NCBI GenBank assembly: GCA_038087875.1
Contig: JAXLNO010000186.1
Location: forward strand, 1-64,000
Direction of reading: 5' to 3'
Length of the DNA: 64,000 nucleotides
DNA from: Malacoraja senta
Taxonomy: Eukaryota
Part shown: positions 26,130-38,650 of the stretch, piece after piece
How the letters are laid out: each line of letters opens with the position of its first letter
Position numbering within the stretch: the stretch's first letter is position 1
The notes under the pieces: generated by a model
What the model was told of the DNA's origin: nothing
Seen by the model: only the letters and a program-made list of their open reading frames with translations
The model's database searches: none
Program-made: the position numbers and the translations under genes

Positions 26130-27600
26130 AAAGATAAAATGGTGAGAGGGGCAAAGTTTCAAGGAGATGTGCGAGGCAAGTTTTTCTTCTTGTTTTCATT
26201 TTACACGGAAGACGCTGAGTGCCTGGAACAGGCAAGGGTGGTGAATCTGTGGAATTCTTGGCCACAGAAGGCTGTGGAGGCAAAGTCAGTGGATATATTT
26301 AAGGCAGAGATAGATAGATTCTTGATTAGTGCAGGTGTCAGATTTTGTGGGAGATATCAATATGCAGGTAGACTGGGAAAATCAGGTTGGCTATGGACCC
26401 CAAGAAAGGGAGTTTGTGGAGTGCCTCCGAGATGGATTCTTAGAGCAGCTTGTACTGGATCCTACCAGAGAGAAAGCAATTCTGGATTTAGTGTTGGGTA
26501 ATGATTTGATAAGGGAACTCAGGGTAAAGGAACCATTAGGAAGTAGTGACCATAACATGATGTTTAAATCTACAATTTGAGAGGGAGAAGGTAAAATCAG
26601 AAATGTCAGTATTGCAGTTGAACAAAGGGGACTATGGAGGCAGACGGGAGGAGCTGCCCAAAGTTGACTGGATAGGGATAGGTTGGGTGAATGGGGAAAT
26701 GCATGGCAGATGCAGTATAATGTGGACAAATGTGAGGTTATCCACTTTGGTGGCAAGAATGGTGTCAGATTAGGAAAAGGGGAAGTGCAACAAGACCTGG
26801 GTGTCCTAGTACATCAGTCACTGAAAGTAAACTTGCAGGTACAGCAGGCAGTGAAGAAAGTTAATGGCATGTTGGCCTTCATAACGAGAAGATTTGAGTA
26901 CGAGCAAAGAGGTTCTTCTGCAGTTGTACAGGGCCTTGGTGAGACCACACCTGGAGTATTGTGTGCAGCTTTGGTCCCCTAATTTGAGGAAGGACATTCT
27001 TGCTATTGAGGGAGTGCAGCATAGGTTCACGAGGTTAATTCCCAGGATTGTGGGACTGTCATATGATGAAAGAATGGAACGACTAGGCTTGTATTCACTG
27101 GAATTTAGGATGAGAAGGGATCTTACAGAAACACACAAAATTATTGAGGGATTGGACAAGCTAGATGCAGGAAACATGTTCCCGATGTTGGGGGAGTCCA
27201 GAAACTGGGACATCAGCTTAAGAATAAGTGGTAGGCCATTTAGAAGTGAGATGAGGAGAAACGTTTTCACCCAGAGTTGTGAATTTGTGGAATTCTCTGC
27301 CTCAGAAGGGAGTGGAGGCCGATTCACTGGATGCATTCAAAAGAGAGTTGGATAGAGCTCAGGGCTAGCGGAATCAAGGGATATGGAGAGAAGGCAGGAA
27401 CGGGGTACTGATTGTGGATGATCAACCATTGAATGGCGGTGCTGGCTCGAAGGGCCGAATGGCTAACTCCTGCACCTATTTTCTATGTTATGGGGAGAAG
27501 GCAGGAGAATGGGGTTAGGAGGGGGAGATGAATCAGCCATCATTGAATGGCGGAGTAGACTTGATGGGACAAATGGCCTAATTCCACTCATTTCGATTAT
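26130..27600 (+). mobile_element. Mosaic of CR1 fragments
   Basis: EPLGSSDHN, WQMQYNVDKCEVIHFG, LYRALVRPHLEYC and 3' tails. Confidence 0.85.
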
Positions 27601-28629
27601 CTTCTGAACCATATGTGGCGGTAGAGGCAGATGTGATAATGGTGTTTACGAGGTAGTAGTTAGGCACATGGATATGCATAGAATGCAGAGATTTGGATTA
27701 TGTGCAGACAGATGAGAATAGCTTATCTCGGCATTGCATCTGGCAGTGTGGACGTAAGGGCCTGTTCCTGTGCTGTACAGATAAATGTTCACAACCTATG
27801 CAGTCTAGTTTTAGTACAGCAGTCAACAGACCCTGACTATCTCCCCTATCTATGTCCCTCATAAAGCTATAAACCACAACCTCACAGCTTTGATTCCCAC
27901 CGCAACAGCCCAGACCTCACTCCCCTGGCAAGGTTATCTTTAAATACATGGAACTGCAGATGCTGGTTTACAGTAATAGCAACAAAATGCTTGAGTATCT
28001 CAGCAAGTCAGGCAGTATCTCTGAAGGAGAGCATGAGGCAACATTTCGGTTGGGACCCTGCAGAATGATTGTGGTAGAGGGAGGGGAGAAGGCTGAAAGA
28101 GAGGTGGGGCTGGGACAAAGTCTGGCAAGTGACAAGTGGATATATACCACATCCAGGTGGGCAAGAGAGGTGGGTATTTGTCTCACCCCATGACACAACA
28201 TTCATGGGGACACACCATCCCCTCCATGACACACTGGTAAACCTGAGGAGCACCTTCAGCAACAGACTGGTTCCACTAAGATGCAGTACAGAACGCCACT
28301 TCTTCCCTGTAGCTATCAAACTGTACAACTCCTCCACCTCCTGTCGTGGGGTAGACTGACTACCCTCCCCAATATTTGCACATCGCCAATCCTTTCCACT
28401 CATCACTAATTTCATGTTTCATGTATCTTGTGTTTTATGAATGTTGGCAGATCAATTTCCCTCATGGGATCAATAAAAGTTCTATCGTATCGCATCATCC
28501 AGATTGCTTCCCCCTACAACAATTAGTATGGAGGGACCCGATGCGAAACGTCACCTATCCTCGCCCTCCAGAGATGCTGCCTGATCCGCTGAGTAACTCC
28601 AGCACTTAGTGTCCACTTTCTACAGTACT

Positions 28630-29300
28630 TCCCTGAAAGTGGCAACATATGTGGAGAGAGTGGTCAAGAAGGCATACGGTCTGCTTGCTTTCATGGGTCA
28701 TGGGTGCATTGACTATAACAGTCAGGAAGTCATGATGCATCTTTATAGGACTTTGGTTTAGGCTGCATTTGGAGTATTGCATCCAGTTCTGGTTGCCCCA
28801 TTATAGGAAGTATTTGGAAGCTTTGGAGAGAGAGCAGGAGGTTTGCCAGAATATTTTGCCTGGATTAGGAGGCGTTAGCTACAGGGAGAAGTTGGACATA
28901 CTTGGATTGTTTCCTCTGGAATGCCGGAGGTTGCGGAGAGACCTAATAGAGGTTTGTAAAATGATGAAAGGCATAGATGGGGTGGAGAGACAGGATCCTT
29001 CTCCCAGAATTTAAAAAATCAAATACTAGAGGGCATTACATTAAAGTGAAAAGGGTAGAGTTTAAAGGAGATGTGCGGGGCAAGTTTCTTTTTACACAGA
29101 GGGTGGTGAGTGCCTGGAACGCGCTGCCAGGGGTGGTAGTTGAAGCAGATACAATCGTGGCATTTGAAAGACTTTTAGATAGGCACATGGATATGCATGA
29201 AATGGGGAGATATGGATTATATGCAGGTAGATAAGCGATGGTCTTGGCATCATGTTCATTGTGTGCTGAAGGGCCTGTTCTTGTGCTGTACTGCTCCATG
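28630..29300 (+). mobile_element. CR1 3' fragment
   Basis: EYCIQFWLPHY...FTQRVVSAWNALP plus tail. Confidence 0.8.
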
Positions 29301-29342
29301 TTTTGTGTGTATCTTTGCTTCACTCTCTCTGAGACTGTGTCG

Positions 29343-30201
29343 CTACAAACCATTGATTTCGGTGACTTGCACCTGGCCACCTCTGGCCCAGATGTCGGTG
29401 ACGGCCGTCATGACCGCCAGGCACCTGCCAAAGTCTTCGGCCGGACACCGGGTGGCGAGGGAGGAGAGTTTGCGAGCTACCTTGAAGGCCTGGCGGTATC
29501 GCTCCTGCTGCACCTTGTTCCGCTCCCTCAGCGACGCGGGCGGGAGCTGACCGCCGAGGAAGTGCTCCTGCGTCCAGCGCCCGGCGCAGAGCGAGGGCTC
29601 GAAGAGGTCGGAGCCCAGCCGCTGCCGGAGAGCCAGGACGTGTCGGCAGGGGAGCCTCATGGAGGTGCGGAAGGTGCACTGGCAGCTGGCCTGGTCCGTC
29701 ACGAGGACCCGGCGCTGACACACGGGCCAGGCCCTCTCGGCCTCCACACTGAGGAAGGAGACCCACTCCGCTTCCTCCAGCTCCCTCCGCACCCGGCGGA
29801 AGGCAAAGTCGGTGAGCAGCTCCCGGTAGAAAGACTCGGCGGAGTTGTCCTGCGGCCCTGCAGGAGGCGCTCTCTGCAACACCCGCTGGTCACACTCGGC
29901 CCGCATCGTGTCCACGGCCTTCAGGAGGTCCCGGGTGAAGGAGGTCACGTCGGAGAAGTCCTCGACCGCGGCCGCCAGCCTCTGGCTCAGCGCCTGCACC
30001 CGCTGAAGGGTGCTGGTGAGGTAGCTCTCGTTCTCGTGCTTGAAGCCCTCCACCCACTGGCGGCGGGACCCGTGCCACGTCTTGTGGAAGTAGTCGACGG
30101 CGCTCTCCGCGTTGGAGTCCAGCAGCTGGCGGTACAGCAGGTCGTAGTCCTCAGTCGACGTCGCGTAACACATACTGTGCAGGATCTGCAGCAGCTGGCT
30201 C
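29343..30201 (-). CDS. ZSWIM3-like: ZSWIM3-like coding exon 5 (SWIM zinc finger, probable stop)
   Basis: Acceptor ttctttcccgccag-like tract|G, phase 2, matching exon 4. SQLLQILHSMCYA...YFHKTWH...CQCTFRTSMRLPCRHVLA (CxCxnCxH SWIM)...RW; TAG at 29343. GC3-rich codon usage. Confidence 0.85.
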
Positions 30202-30599
30202 CTGGCGGGAAGAAAGGGAAGAGGAGACAAGGTTAGGAACCTCCTGGTACCTTCTCCCTGTGACCATGTGGGTTTCCTCCGGATTCTCCGGTTTCCTCCC
30301 ACGTTCCAAAGACGTGCGGGTTTGTACGTTAATTGGCCTCTGTAACGAGTGTAGCCTAGAACTAGTGTGAACGGGTGATCAATGGTCGGCGTGTACTCAG
30401 TGGGGCAAAGGGCCTGTTTCCACGCTGTATCTCCAAAACTAAACTAAACTCTCACCTCAACAGTCCCCATCGCCTGCAAGAAAAACTCCAACATTTCTTT
30501 CACGAAGAAAAATAAAGTGGCCTCCTCAATGACCACTGAACCATGGAGTCAAACAGCATGGAAATAGGCCGCTCGGCCCAACTCGTCCTTGCTGCCCAT

Positions 30600-30852
30600 G
30601 ATGCCCCATCTAATGCTGACCAAGATGCCCCATCTAATGCTGACCAAGATGCCCCATCTAATGCTGACCAAGATGCCCCATCTAATGCTGACCAAGATGC
30701 CCCATCTAATGCTGACCAAGATGCCCCATCTAATGCTGACCAAGATGCCCCATCTAATGCTGACCAAGATGCCCCATCTAATGCTGACCAAGATGCCCCA
30801 TCTAATGCGGACCAAGATGCCCCATCTAATGCTGACCAAGATGCCCCATCTA
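30600..30852. repeat. 24-bp minisatellite (gatgccccatctaatgctgaccaa), about 10.5 near-perfect copies
   Basis: Directly visible, one substitution seen. It sits at the end of a CR1/SINE-type tail remnant (catggaaataggcc...cggcccaac). Confidence 0.95.
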
Positions 30853-31059
30853 CAGAAAGGGAGAGGAGGGTGGAATGGATGAGGGAGAGTGGGGCAGGGG
30901 TAGACTGGATTGTGCGGACCATGTTGAGGAATGAATCACACCCTTATCTGACCCACGCCGTGACAGGAGGAGGAATATTTGGGAAAGCCCAACGTTCCCC
31001 CCCCCTCACCCCCCTCTCCGTCCCCACCGCTCCGGCCAGAGCTTATTGTTGCCCGATGG

Positions 31060-31400
31060 TGGGGGAGGGGGGAGTAGGAGAGTAGAGGGAAGGAGAGGAG
31101 GGGGTGGAGGAGAGGAGGGAAGGGGGAAGGGGGATGCGGACGAGGGAATGAGGGGGGAAGGAGGCGAGGAGGGTGAAGAGGGGAGGAGGGGGAAAGAGGA
31201 GAGGAGGAGGAAGAGAGGAAGGTTGAAGCAGGGGAGGAGTGGGTGAGGAGGAGGTGAAAACGGGAGATGGGGAAAGAGAGAAGGAGCGGAGGAGAGGAAG
31301 GGGAGGAGAGGAGTGGGACGGAGAAAGGAGGGGGAGAAGGAAAGAAGGGAAGGAGGAGCGGGTAAGAAAGAAGGAAAGAAAAGAGAGAGAGGGCAGAGAG
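31060..31400. repeat. Polypurine (G/A) low-complexity tract
   Basis: Directly visible. Confidence 0.9.
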
Positions 31401-31564
31401 TGGATCAGATGGGACATGGTTAGACTGGATTGTGCAGAGGGTTGAGAGTCACAACTTTAACGAACCAACACAATGTGACAGGAGGAGGAATATTTGGGAA
31501 CCCCCATCCACCACCCGCCCGCTCCACTCCGGTCCCATGAGGGAATGGCGGTGCCAGTGCTTAC

Positions 31565-32000
31565 TGTTGCCCGGCGGTCAGGTGCAGCTTCTCGGCGGTC
31601 ACATCGTCCTGGAAGACGCTCAGGGTGTGGGCGAGGCAGGCCAGCGGCTTGCAGTGGGGCAGCACGTCGGTCACCAGCTCCCCGTCACACACCTTGCCGC
31701 CGACCACCACCGCCCGCGTTCCCTCCGCCGCCGGGTTCTTCTGCCTGAAGATGCGCAGAAGCTGCCGGACGGTCTCACGCTCCTCGCTCTGCAGGAACCA
31801 CAGGCTCGCCAGCTCACTCTCCCCGTTGCCGTCGATGGCCAGCAGCAGGTAGGTGGGCAGCCGCAGGCCCGTCCAGCTGTAGGTGGCGCCCACCAGCAGC
31901 ACCTCGGGGAACCTCTCGAAGGTCTGCTTCATGCTGCCGTCCTGGTAGTAGATGGCCTGCAACACGTTGGCCTTGTTCACCACCATCACCACCGTGCCGT
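31565..32000 (-). CDS. ZSWIM3-like: ZSWIM3-like coding exon 4 (MULE/RNase-H-like core)
   Basis: Acceptor tttgcttgcag|AC, donor CA|gtaagc, 436 nt, phase 1 to 2. DGTVVMVVNKANVLQAIYYQDGSMKQTFERFPEVLLVGATY...LAIDGNGESE...CLAHTL resembles ZSWIM3 FQSSKMTDLFIRFPE (recalled). Confidence 0.85.
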
Positions 32001-33679
32001 CTGCAAGCAAACGCAGACAAGAGTCAGAACAAGGGTCTGACCCACTCTCACCCTGGCCACAAACTCTTTGAAGTAGAAACATAGAAAATAGGTGCAGGAG
32101 TAGGCCATTCGGCCCTTCGAGCCAGCACCGCCATTCAATATGATCATGGCCCATCATCCAGAATCAGTACCCTGTTCTGGCTTTCTCCACATATCCCTTG
32201 ATTCCATCAGCCCTAAGACCTATATCTAACTCTCTCATGAAGTCCTCCCCTCTGGGCACATCCAGACACAAAAACAGCTTCTTCCCACGAGCGGTAGCTC
32301 CACTTAACAGCCTCTCTACACCACTACATTCTGGTCTGTAAGTCAAACACTTATGAACTCTCCAAGTGCACTTTAGATATTTACATGTGCAATATATAGC
32401 AAAGCTGCCCCTTTTTACTCTTGCACTATATTTTTACATTGTTTAATTATAATGTTTTTTTAATTGTCTGTTGTCTCGTGTTTTTAACACGTGCGAGCAA
32501 AGCACCGTCAAATTCCTTGTATGTGTACATACTTGGCCGATAAATTGAGTGTGATTGTGAAATTGATTCTGAACAAAGCACTGGTAACGCACAGTGACAG
32601 TGGTGAGGTACGTTTGCCTTCATCGGTCGGTCACTGAGTACAAGAGTCAGATAGTCAAGATGCAGCTCTATCAAACTCTGGAGAAACAAGGATCTGATGA
32701 TGCTGGTTCCTGACAAAAGACAAAGTGCGAGAGTAACTCAGCAGGTCAGGCAGCATCTCTGGAGTTTCCCTCTCCCCTGACTCTCGGTCTGGGGAAGGGT
32801 CTTGACCTGAAACATCACCTATTCTTTTTCTCCAGAGATGCTGCCTGACCCACTGAGATACTGCAGCATTTTGTGTCTATCTCCGGCGTAAACCAGCATC
32901 TGCAGTTCCTTCCTACACATGTCTGGAAAACATGGATATGTGATCTTTCAGGTCGGGACCTTTCTTCAAACTAATTGTGGCAGGTTGTGGTGGGGGCAGG
33001 ACAAGAATGGTGAAGTGAAGAGAGGTGGGGGCAGGACAAAGCCCAGCAAGTGACAGGTGGAGGAAGGAACTGCGGGATGGGTGGGGGTTACAGGAGAGAA
33101 GAATCATCTAAAGAGAGCGTGGCACGATCCAAGAGCGATCCAATGAGAAACTATTGGGGAAACAGCGGTAGAGTTGCTGCCTTACAGTGCAAGAGACCCG
33201 GGTTCCATCTTGACTATGGGTGCAGTCTGTATGGACTTTGTACTTTCATGGTTTTTTTTCGGGTGTTCTGGTTTGCTCCCACACTCCAAACGCAGGATTG
33301 GGGACTTGGAAATATAGCGGAGTCAGGGGAAATGGGGAGAAGGCAGGAACGGGGTACCGATTGTGAATGATCAGCCATGATCACAGTGAATGGCAGTGCT
33401 GGCTCGAAGGGCCGAATGGCCTACTCCTGCACCTATTGTCTATTGTTTATTGTCTATTGTAGGTTATTTGGCTTCAGCAAGTTGTAAAAAAAATTGTCCT
33501 TTGTGTGTGTAAGGTAGCGTACAGGATCATTGCTGGTCGGCACCAACTCGGTGGGACTAACGGCCAGTTTCCGCGCTGTATCTCTAAAGTGTAAAAGTCA
33601 TTGATTATCCTAGGGTAGAGGAGGGAGTGATCTAGTGACAAGACAGTATACTATCGTGAGATGGGGGAAGGAGGATCCA

Positions 33680-36228
33680 TAGAATCATAGAAAGTAGGTG
33701 CGAGAGCAGACCACCAGGTCCATCGAGCCCGCACCGCCATTCGCTCATGGCTGAACACCAAACAAACACCCCTACCCACAAACAGTAGACACAAGACACA
33801 GAACACAAGACACTACCCTCCCCTTTATACCACTATCACCCCTCTCCACCCCAAGAACCGCGTGATCTCCTGGGGGAGGCAAAAAAACGGATAAAAACCC
33901 AGGTCCAATTCGGGAAAAAAATCCGGGAAATTCCTCTCCGACCCCAATCCAGGCGATCGACACTTGTCCAGGAGATCACTCAGGTCTTACTATACTAACC
34001 CTACCTAGGTCCATATCCCTGCCCTCTCCCCGTAGCCCCTTATCCCCTTGGCAGCTAAAAAACCATCTATTTTAGACTTAAATATATTTAATGTTTCTGC
34101 TTCCACTGCTCCCTGGGGCAGTGAATTCCATAAATTAACCACCCTCTGGGTGAAGAAGTTCTTCCTCATCTCAGTTTTAAAAGAGCCCCCCCTTATTCTG
34201 CAACTATGTCCCCTAGTTCTAGTTTCCCCGATCATTGGGAACATCCTCGGTGCATCCACCCGATCAAGGCCCCTCACGATCTTATATGTTTCAATGAGAT
34301 CGCCTCTCATTCTTCTAAACTCCAAAGAGTAGAGTTCCAGCCTACTTAACCTTTCCTCATATGTCAATCCCCTCATTGCAGGAATTAATCTTGTAAACCT
34401 TCGCTGCACTGCCTCCAGGGCCAGTACATCCTTTCTTAAGTATGGACCCCAGAACTGTACACAGTATTCCAAATGTGGTCTCACTAATACTGTGTACAGC
34501 TGCAGCAAGACCTCCGTGTTTTTATACTCAATCCCCCTAGCAATAAAGGCCAAAACTCCATTGGCCTTCCTGATAGCTTGCTGCACCTGCATACTAACTT
34601 TTAGTGATTCATGTACTACTACCCCTAGATCCCTTTGCGTTGCATTACAGCGCAGCTCCTCCTCATTTAGAAAATAACTTGCCCTATCATTTTTTTTCCC
34701 AAAGTGAATGACTTCACATTTATTAGTATTAAATTTCATCTGCCAAGTTGTTGCCCACTCACCTAGCTTATCTATATCCTTTTGCAGACTCTTCCTATCC
34801 TCCTCATCCCCTACTTTTCTTCCCATTTTTGTATCGTCCGCAAATTTTGATATATTACACTTGGTTCCCTCCTCCAAATCATTTATATAAATTGTGAACA
34901 ACTGGGGTCCCAGCACCGACCCTTGCGGAACCCCGCTAGTTACCGGTTGCCATCCCGAATATGAACCATTTATCCCCACTCTCTGCTTCCTATTTGTTAG
35001 CCAATCCTCTACCCATGCTAATATATTACCCCCAATCCCATAATTTTTTATTTTTAGCAATAGTCTCTTATGTGGCACCTTGTCAAAAGCCTTTTGGAAG
35101 TCCAAGTATACCACATCCACCGGTTCCCCTTTATCCACCCGGGTTGTTACTTCCTCAAAGAATTCGAGCAGATTCGTTAAACAGGACTTCCCCTTCACAA
35201 AACCATGCTGGTTCTGTCCGATGAAGTCATGTCCATCCAAGTGCCCTGTTAGTGTTTCTTTAATAATTGTCTCTAACATTTTACCCACCACCGATGTTAG
35301 ACTAACCGGTCTATAGTTACCCGCCTTCTGTTTACTTCCTTTTTTAAATATAGGTGTTACATTGGCCATTTTCCAATCCACTGGGACCATTCCTGCCTCC
35401 AGGGAGTTTTGGAAAATTATCACCAATGCATCCACAATCCCCACCGCTATCTCCCTCAAGACCCTTGGATGTAATCCATCAGGCCCAGGGGATTTATCCT
35501 CCTTCAGTCTCATTAATTTCCCTAATACCACCTCCTTGGTGATCTTAATAGTATTTAGCTCCTCCATTCCTACCGCCCCCTGTTTATCCAGCGTTGGAAT
35601 ATTTTTTGTGTCTTCTATGGTGAAGACTGATACAAAATACTCGTTTAATGCCTTTGCCATTTCCATGTTCCCCACCAACAACTCTCCAGTCTCACCCTCC
35701 AATGGACCAACGTTCTTTTTATATAGCTATAAAAACTCTTACTATTAGTTTTTATGTTGTTCGCTAAATTCCTTTCATAGTCTATTTTCCCCGTCTTAAT
35801 TAATCTCTTAGTTATTTTTTGCTGACCTTTAAATGCTTCCCAATCCTCTACCCTCCCACTATCTCTGGCTACCTTGTATGCCCTTGCCTTCAGCCGAATA
35901 CTATCCTTTATAGTTTTACTGAGCCATGGCTGACTGTTCTTACCCTTACCCCTTTTTTTCTTCATAGGAATAAATTTTTCTTGAAGGTTATACAGTAGAT
36001 CCTTAAACGTACACCACTGCTCATGTACCGTCTTATTCTTGAGTCTACTATCCCAGTCAACTTTGATCAGCTCAGTCCTCATACCTTCATAATCCCCTTT
36101 ATTTAGACTAAGTACCCTAGCCTGAGTTTCAACCTGCTCCCCTTCTATTTGAATATGGAATTCGACCATATTGTGGTCACTTGTTCCCAACGAGTCCCTA
36201 ACTATGACATTTTTAATTAATCCACACT
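33680..36228 (-). mobile_element. Young 5'-truncated CR1 LINE with an uninterrupted RT region, intronic
   Basis: ORF 34005..35702 (565 aa) has KSPGPDG, NYRPVSLT, YLDFQKAFDKV, GVPQGSVLGP, FADD and RPHLEYC with no stops. A frame break near 35710 separates the upstream LGTSDHN segment. About 320-bp 3' UTR ending in the catagaatcatagaa tail. Confidence 0.93.
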
Positions 36229-36762
36229 TAATCCGCAGCCATTTATTTGGAGTCTTGCAAGCAGTTTTGGCCTCATGTCTAAGGAAGGATGTGCTGGCGG
36301 TAGAGAGGGTCCAGAGGAGGTTTACGAGAATGATACCAGGAATGTCTGGGTTAACATCTGATGAGCGTTTGACCGCACTGGGCCTGTACTCGCTGGAGTT
36401 TCGAAGGATGAGGAGGGACCTCATTGAAACTTACCAGATAGTGAAATGCCTGGGTAGAGTGAATGGCTGATCTATCTTTCCCTCTCAACCCCATTCTCCT
36501 GCCCTCCCCGCACCTTTTGCCGTCCTTACTAATCAAGAACCTGTCAATCTCTCCTTTATAAATAGCCACAGATTTGGCCTCCACAGCCTTCTGTGGCAAT
36601 GAATTCCACACATTCACCACCCTCTGACTAATGAAATTCCTTCTCATCTCCTTTCCAAAGGTACGTCCTTTTATTCTGAGATAGATAGATCAGCCATGAT
36701 TGAATGACGGAGTAGACTTGATGGGCCGAATGGCCTAATTCTACTATTCCTTGTGACCTTAC

Positions 36763-36981
36763 CCTTGACGGCCGCCAGTGTGGGCACCATCTTCTCCAAG
36801 TCGGTTTTGTTGACCTTGAACTCGCCACATTTCTCCTTGCGTGCGGGGCTATGGGCACGCCGGCAACCTCCCCCAGCTGCACCTTGACACCCGCTCCATT
36901 ACTCCGCAGCGAGACGATGGAAGTGGGGTCCACGCGCAGCGCTTTAACACAGAGCCTTTGGTGCTGGAGCCTCTCCTCTTC
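36763..36981 (-). CDS. ZSWIM3-like: ZSWIM3-like coding exon 3 (internal frame break)
   Basis: Acceptor ataccccacag|GAA, donor AGG|gtaagg, 219 nt. The 5' frame reads EEERLQHQRLCVKALRVDP. The 3' frame needed to join exon 4 reads RKEKCGEFKVNKTDLEKMVPTLAAVK-D. Confidence 0.7.
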
Positions 36982-37639
36982 CTGTGGGGTATAAGCAAAG
37001 TCGTAGGGTCAGTTTAGTTTAATGTCATCTGTACCAAGGTACAGTGAAAAGCTTTTGATGCGAGCTAAGCAGTCAGAGGACAAAGGAATATAGGAGGAAG
37101 AGGGGGGGGGGGGGGGGATGAGGAAAGGAAAAAAGGAGGGTTGATTGTAGGTTTATTGCCTAAAATTGGTGAATTCAATGTTCATACTGTTGGGTTGTAA
37201 GCAACCCAAACGGAATACAGGTGCTGTTCCTCCATGTTGCAGTAACTCATTCATTTCTCATTCTACAGGAGGTCAGGAATGGGATGAGGATTGTGCCACC
37301 AGATACGTCGGGGCGGGCAGCACGGTGGCACAACTGGTAGAGCTGTGACCTCACAGTGGCACAGATCCAGGTTTGATCCTGACCCTGGGTGTCACCCACG
37401 TGGGGTTTGCACCTTCTCCCTGTGACTGCGTGGGTTTCTTCTGGGTGCTCCGGTTTCTTCCCACATCCCAAAAACGACATCCGGTTTGGAGATCATTTGT
37501 CCTCTGTAAATTGCCCCAAGCGGGTCAGGAGTGGATGAGAAAGTAGGATAACATAGAACTAGTGCTAACATGTGGTCGATGATCAGCGTGGACTAGGTAG
37601 GCCTATGTTTCCATCAGTAAACTAAGCTAAGATCCCGTA

Positions 37640-38650
37640 TTAGAACACAGAACAGTACAGCACAGGAATGGGCCCTCCAGCCCACATTATCTGTGCCAAA
37701 CATGATTCCAAGTTAAACTGATCTCATCTCCCTGTACAAGATCCATATCTCTCTAGTCCCTGAACTTCCATGTGCCTATCCCAAAGCCTCTTAAACACCA
37801 CTGTGGTATCTGCATCCACCACCATCTCTGGCAGTGCATTCCCCACCCCCACCCCTCTCTGTGTAAAAATCTTGCCTTGCACATTAAACTTTCCTCCTCT
37901 CACAATATAGCTAGGCCCTCTAGTGTTGGACATTTCCACCCTGGGAAAAAGCCTCTGATTACCTTATTTATGCCTCGCATAACTTTATATACTTCTATCC
38001 AGTCTTCCCTCAACCTCTGACGTTCCAGAAAAATAACCCAAGTTTATCCAACCTCCCCCTGTAGCTGAAACATTCTAATCCAGGGAGCATTCTGGTAAAC
38101 CTCCTCTGCACCCTCTCCAAAGCCTCCACATCTTTCCTATAATGGGGCGACAAGAACTACACGTAATACTTCAAATGCAGTCTAACTAAAGCCCAATAGA
38201 GCTGCATCATGACTTGCTGACTCTTATAGTCAATACCCCATGGCACAGTAGACAAGCATACCATACGCTTAACCCATACTGGTTAACATATGATGCGCGT
38301 TTGACGGCACCAGGCCTGTACTCTCTAGAGTTTAGAAGAATCAGGGGGGACCTCATTGAAACGTACCGAGTAGTGAAAGGCTTGGATGGAGTGGATGCGG
38401 AGAGGATGTTTCGACTACTGGGAGAGTGTTGGACTAAAGGCCATCCACTCAGAATTAAAGGACATTCCTTTAGGAAGGACAGGAGGAGGAATTTATTTAA
38501 TCAGAGGGTGGTGATTCGGTGGAATTCTTTGCCACAGAAATTTGTGGAGGCCAAGTCAATGGATATTTTTATGGCAGAGATAGATGGATTGTTCATTGGT
38601 AGAGGTGTCAGGGGTTATTGGGAGAAGACTGGAGAATGGGGTTAGGAGGG
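37640..38650. mobile_element. CR1 fragments (minus strand 37640-38250, plus strand 38280-38650)
   Basis: FTQRGVGVGNALP on the minus strand; GLYSLEFRRIRGDLIETY on the plus strand. Confidence 0.75.

Noticed and set aside
29238..30236. 332-aa plus-strand ORF (and 31432..32040)
   Set aside because: Antisense shadows of the GC3-rich ZSWIM3-like exons, with no recognisable motifs.
30600..30852. CRISPR-like or repeat-protein (DAPSNADQ)n interpretation
   Set aside because: The units are directly adjacent with no spacers, there are no cas genes, and the context is a vertebrate intron. The ORFs arise from the 24-bp period.
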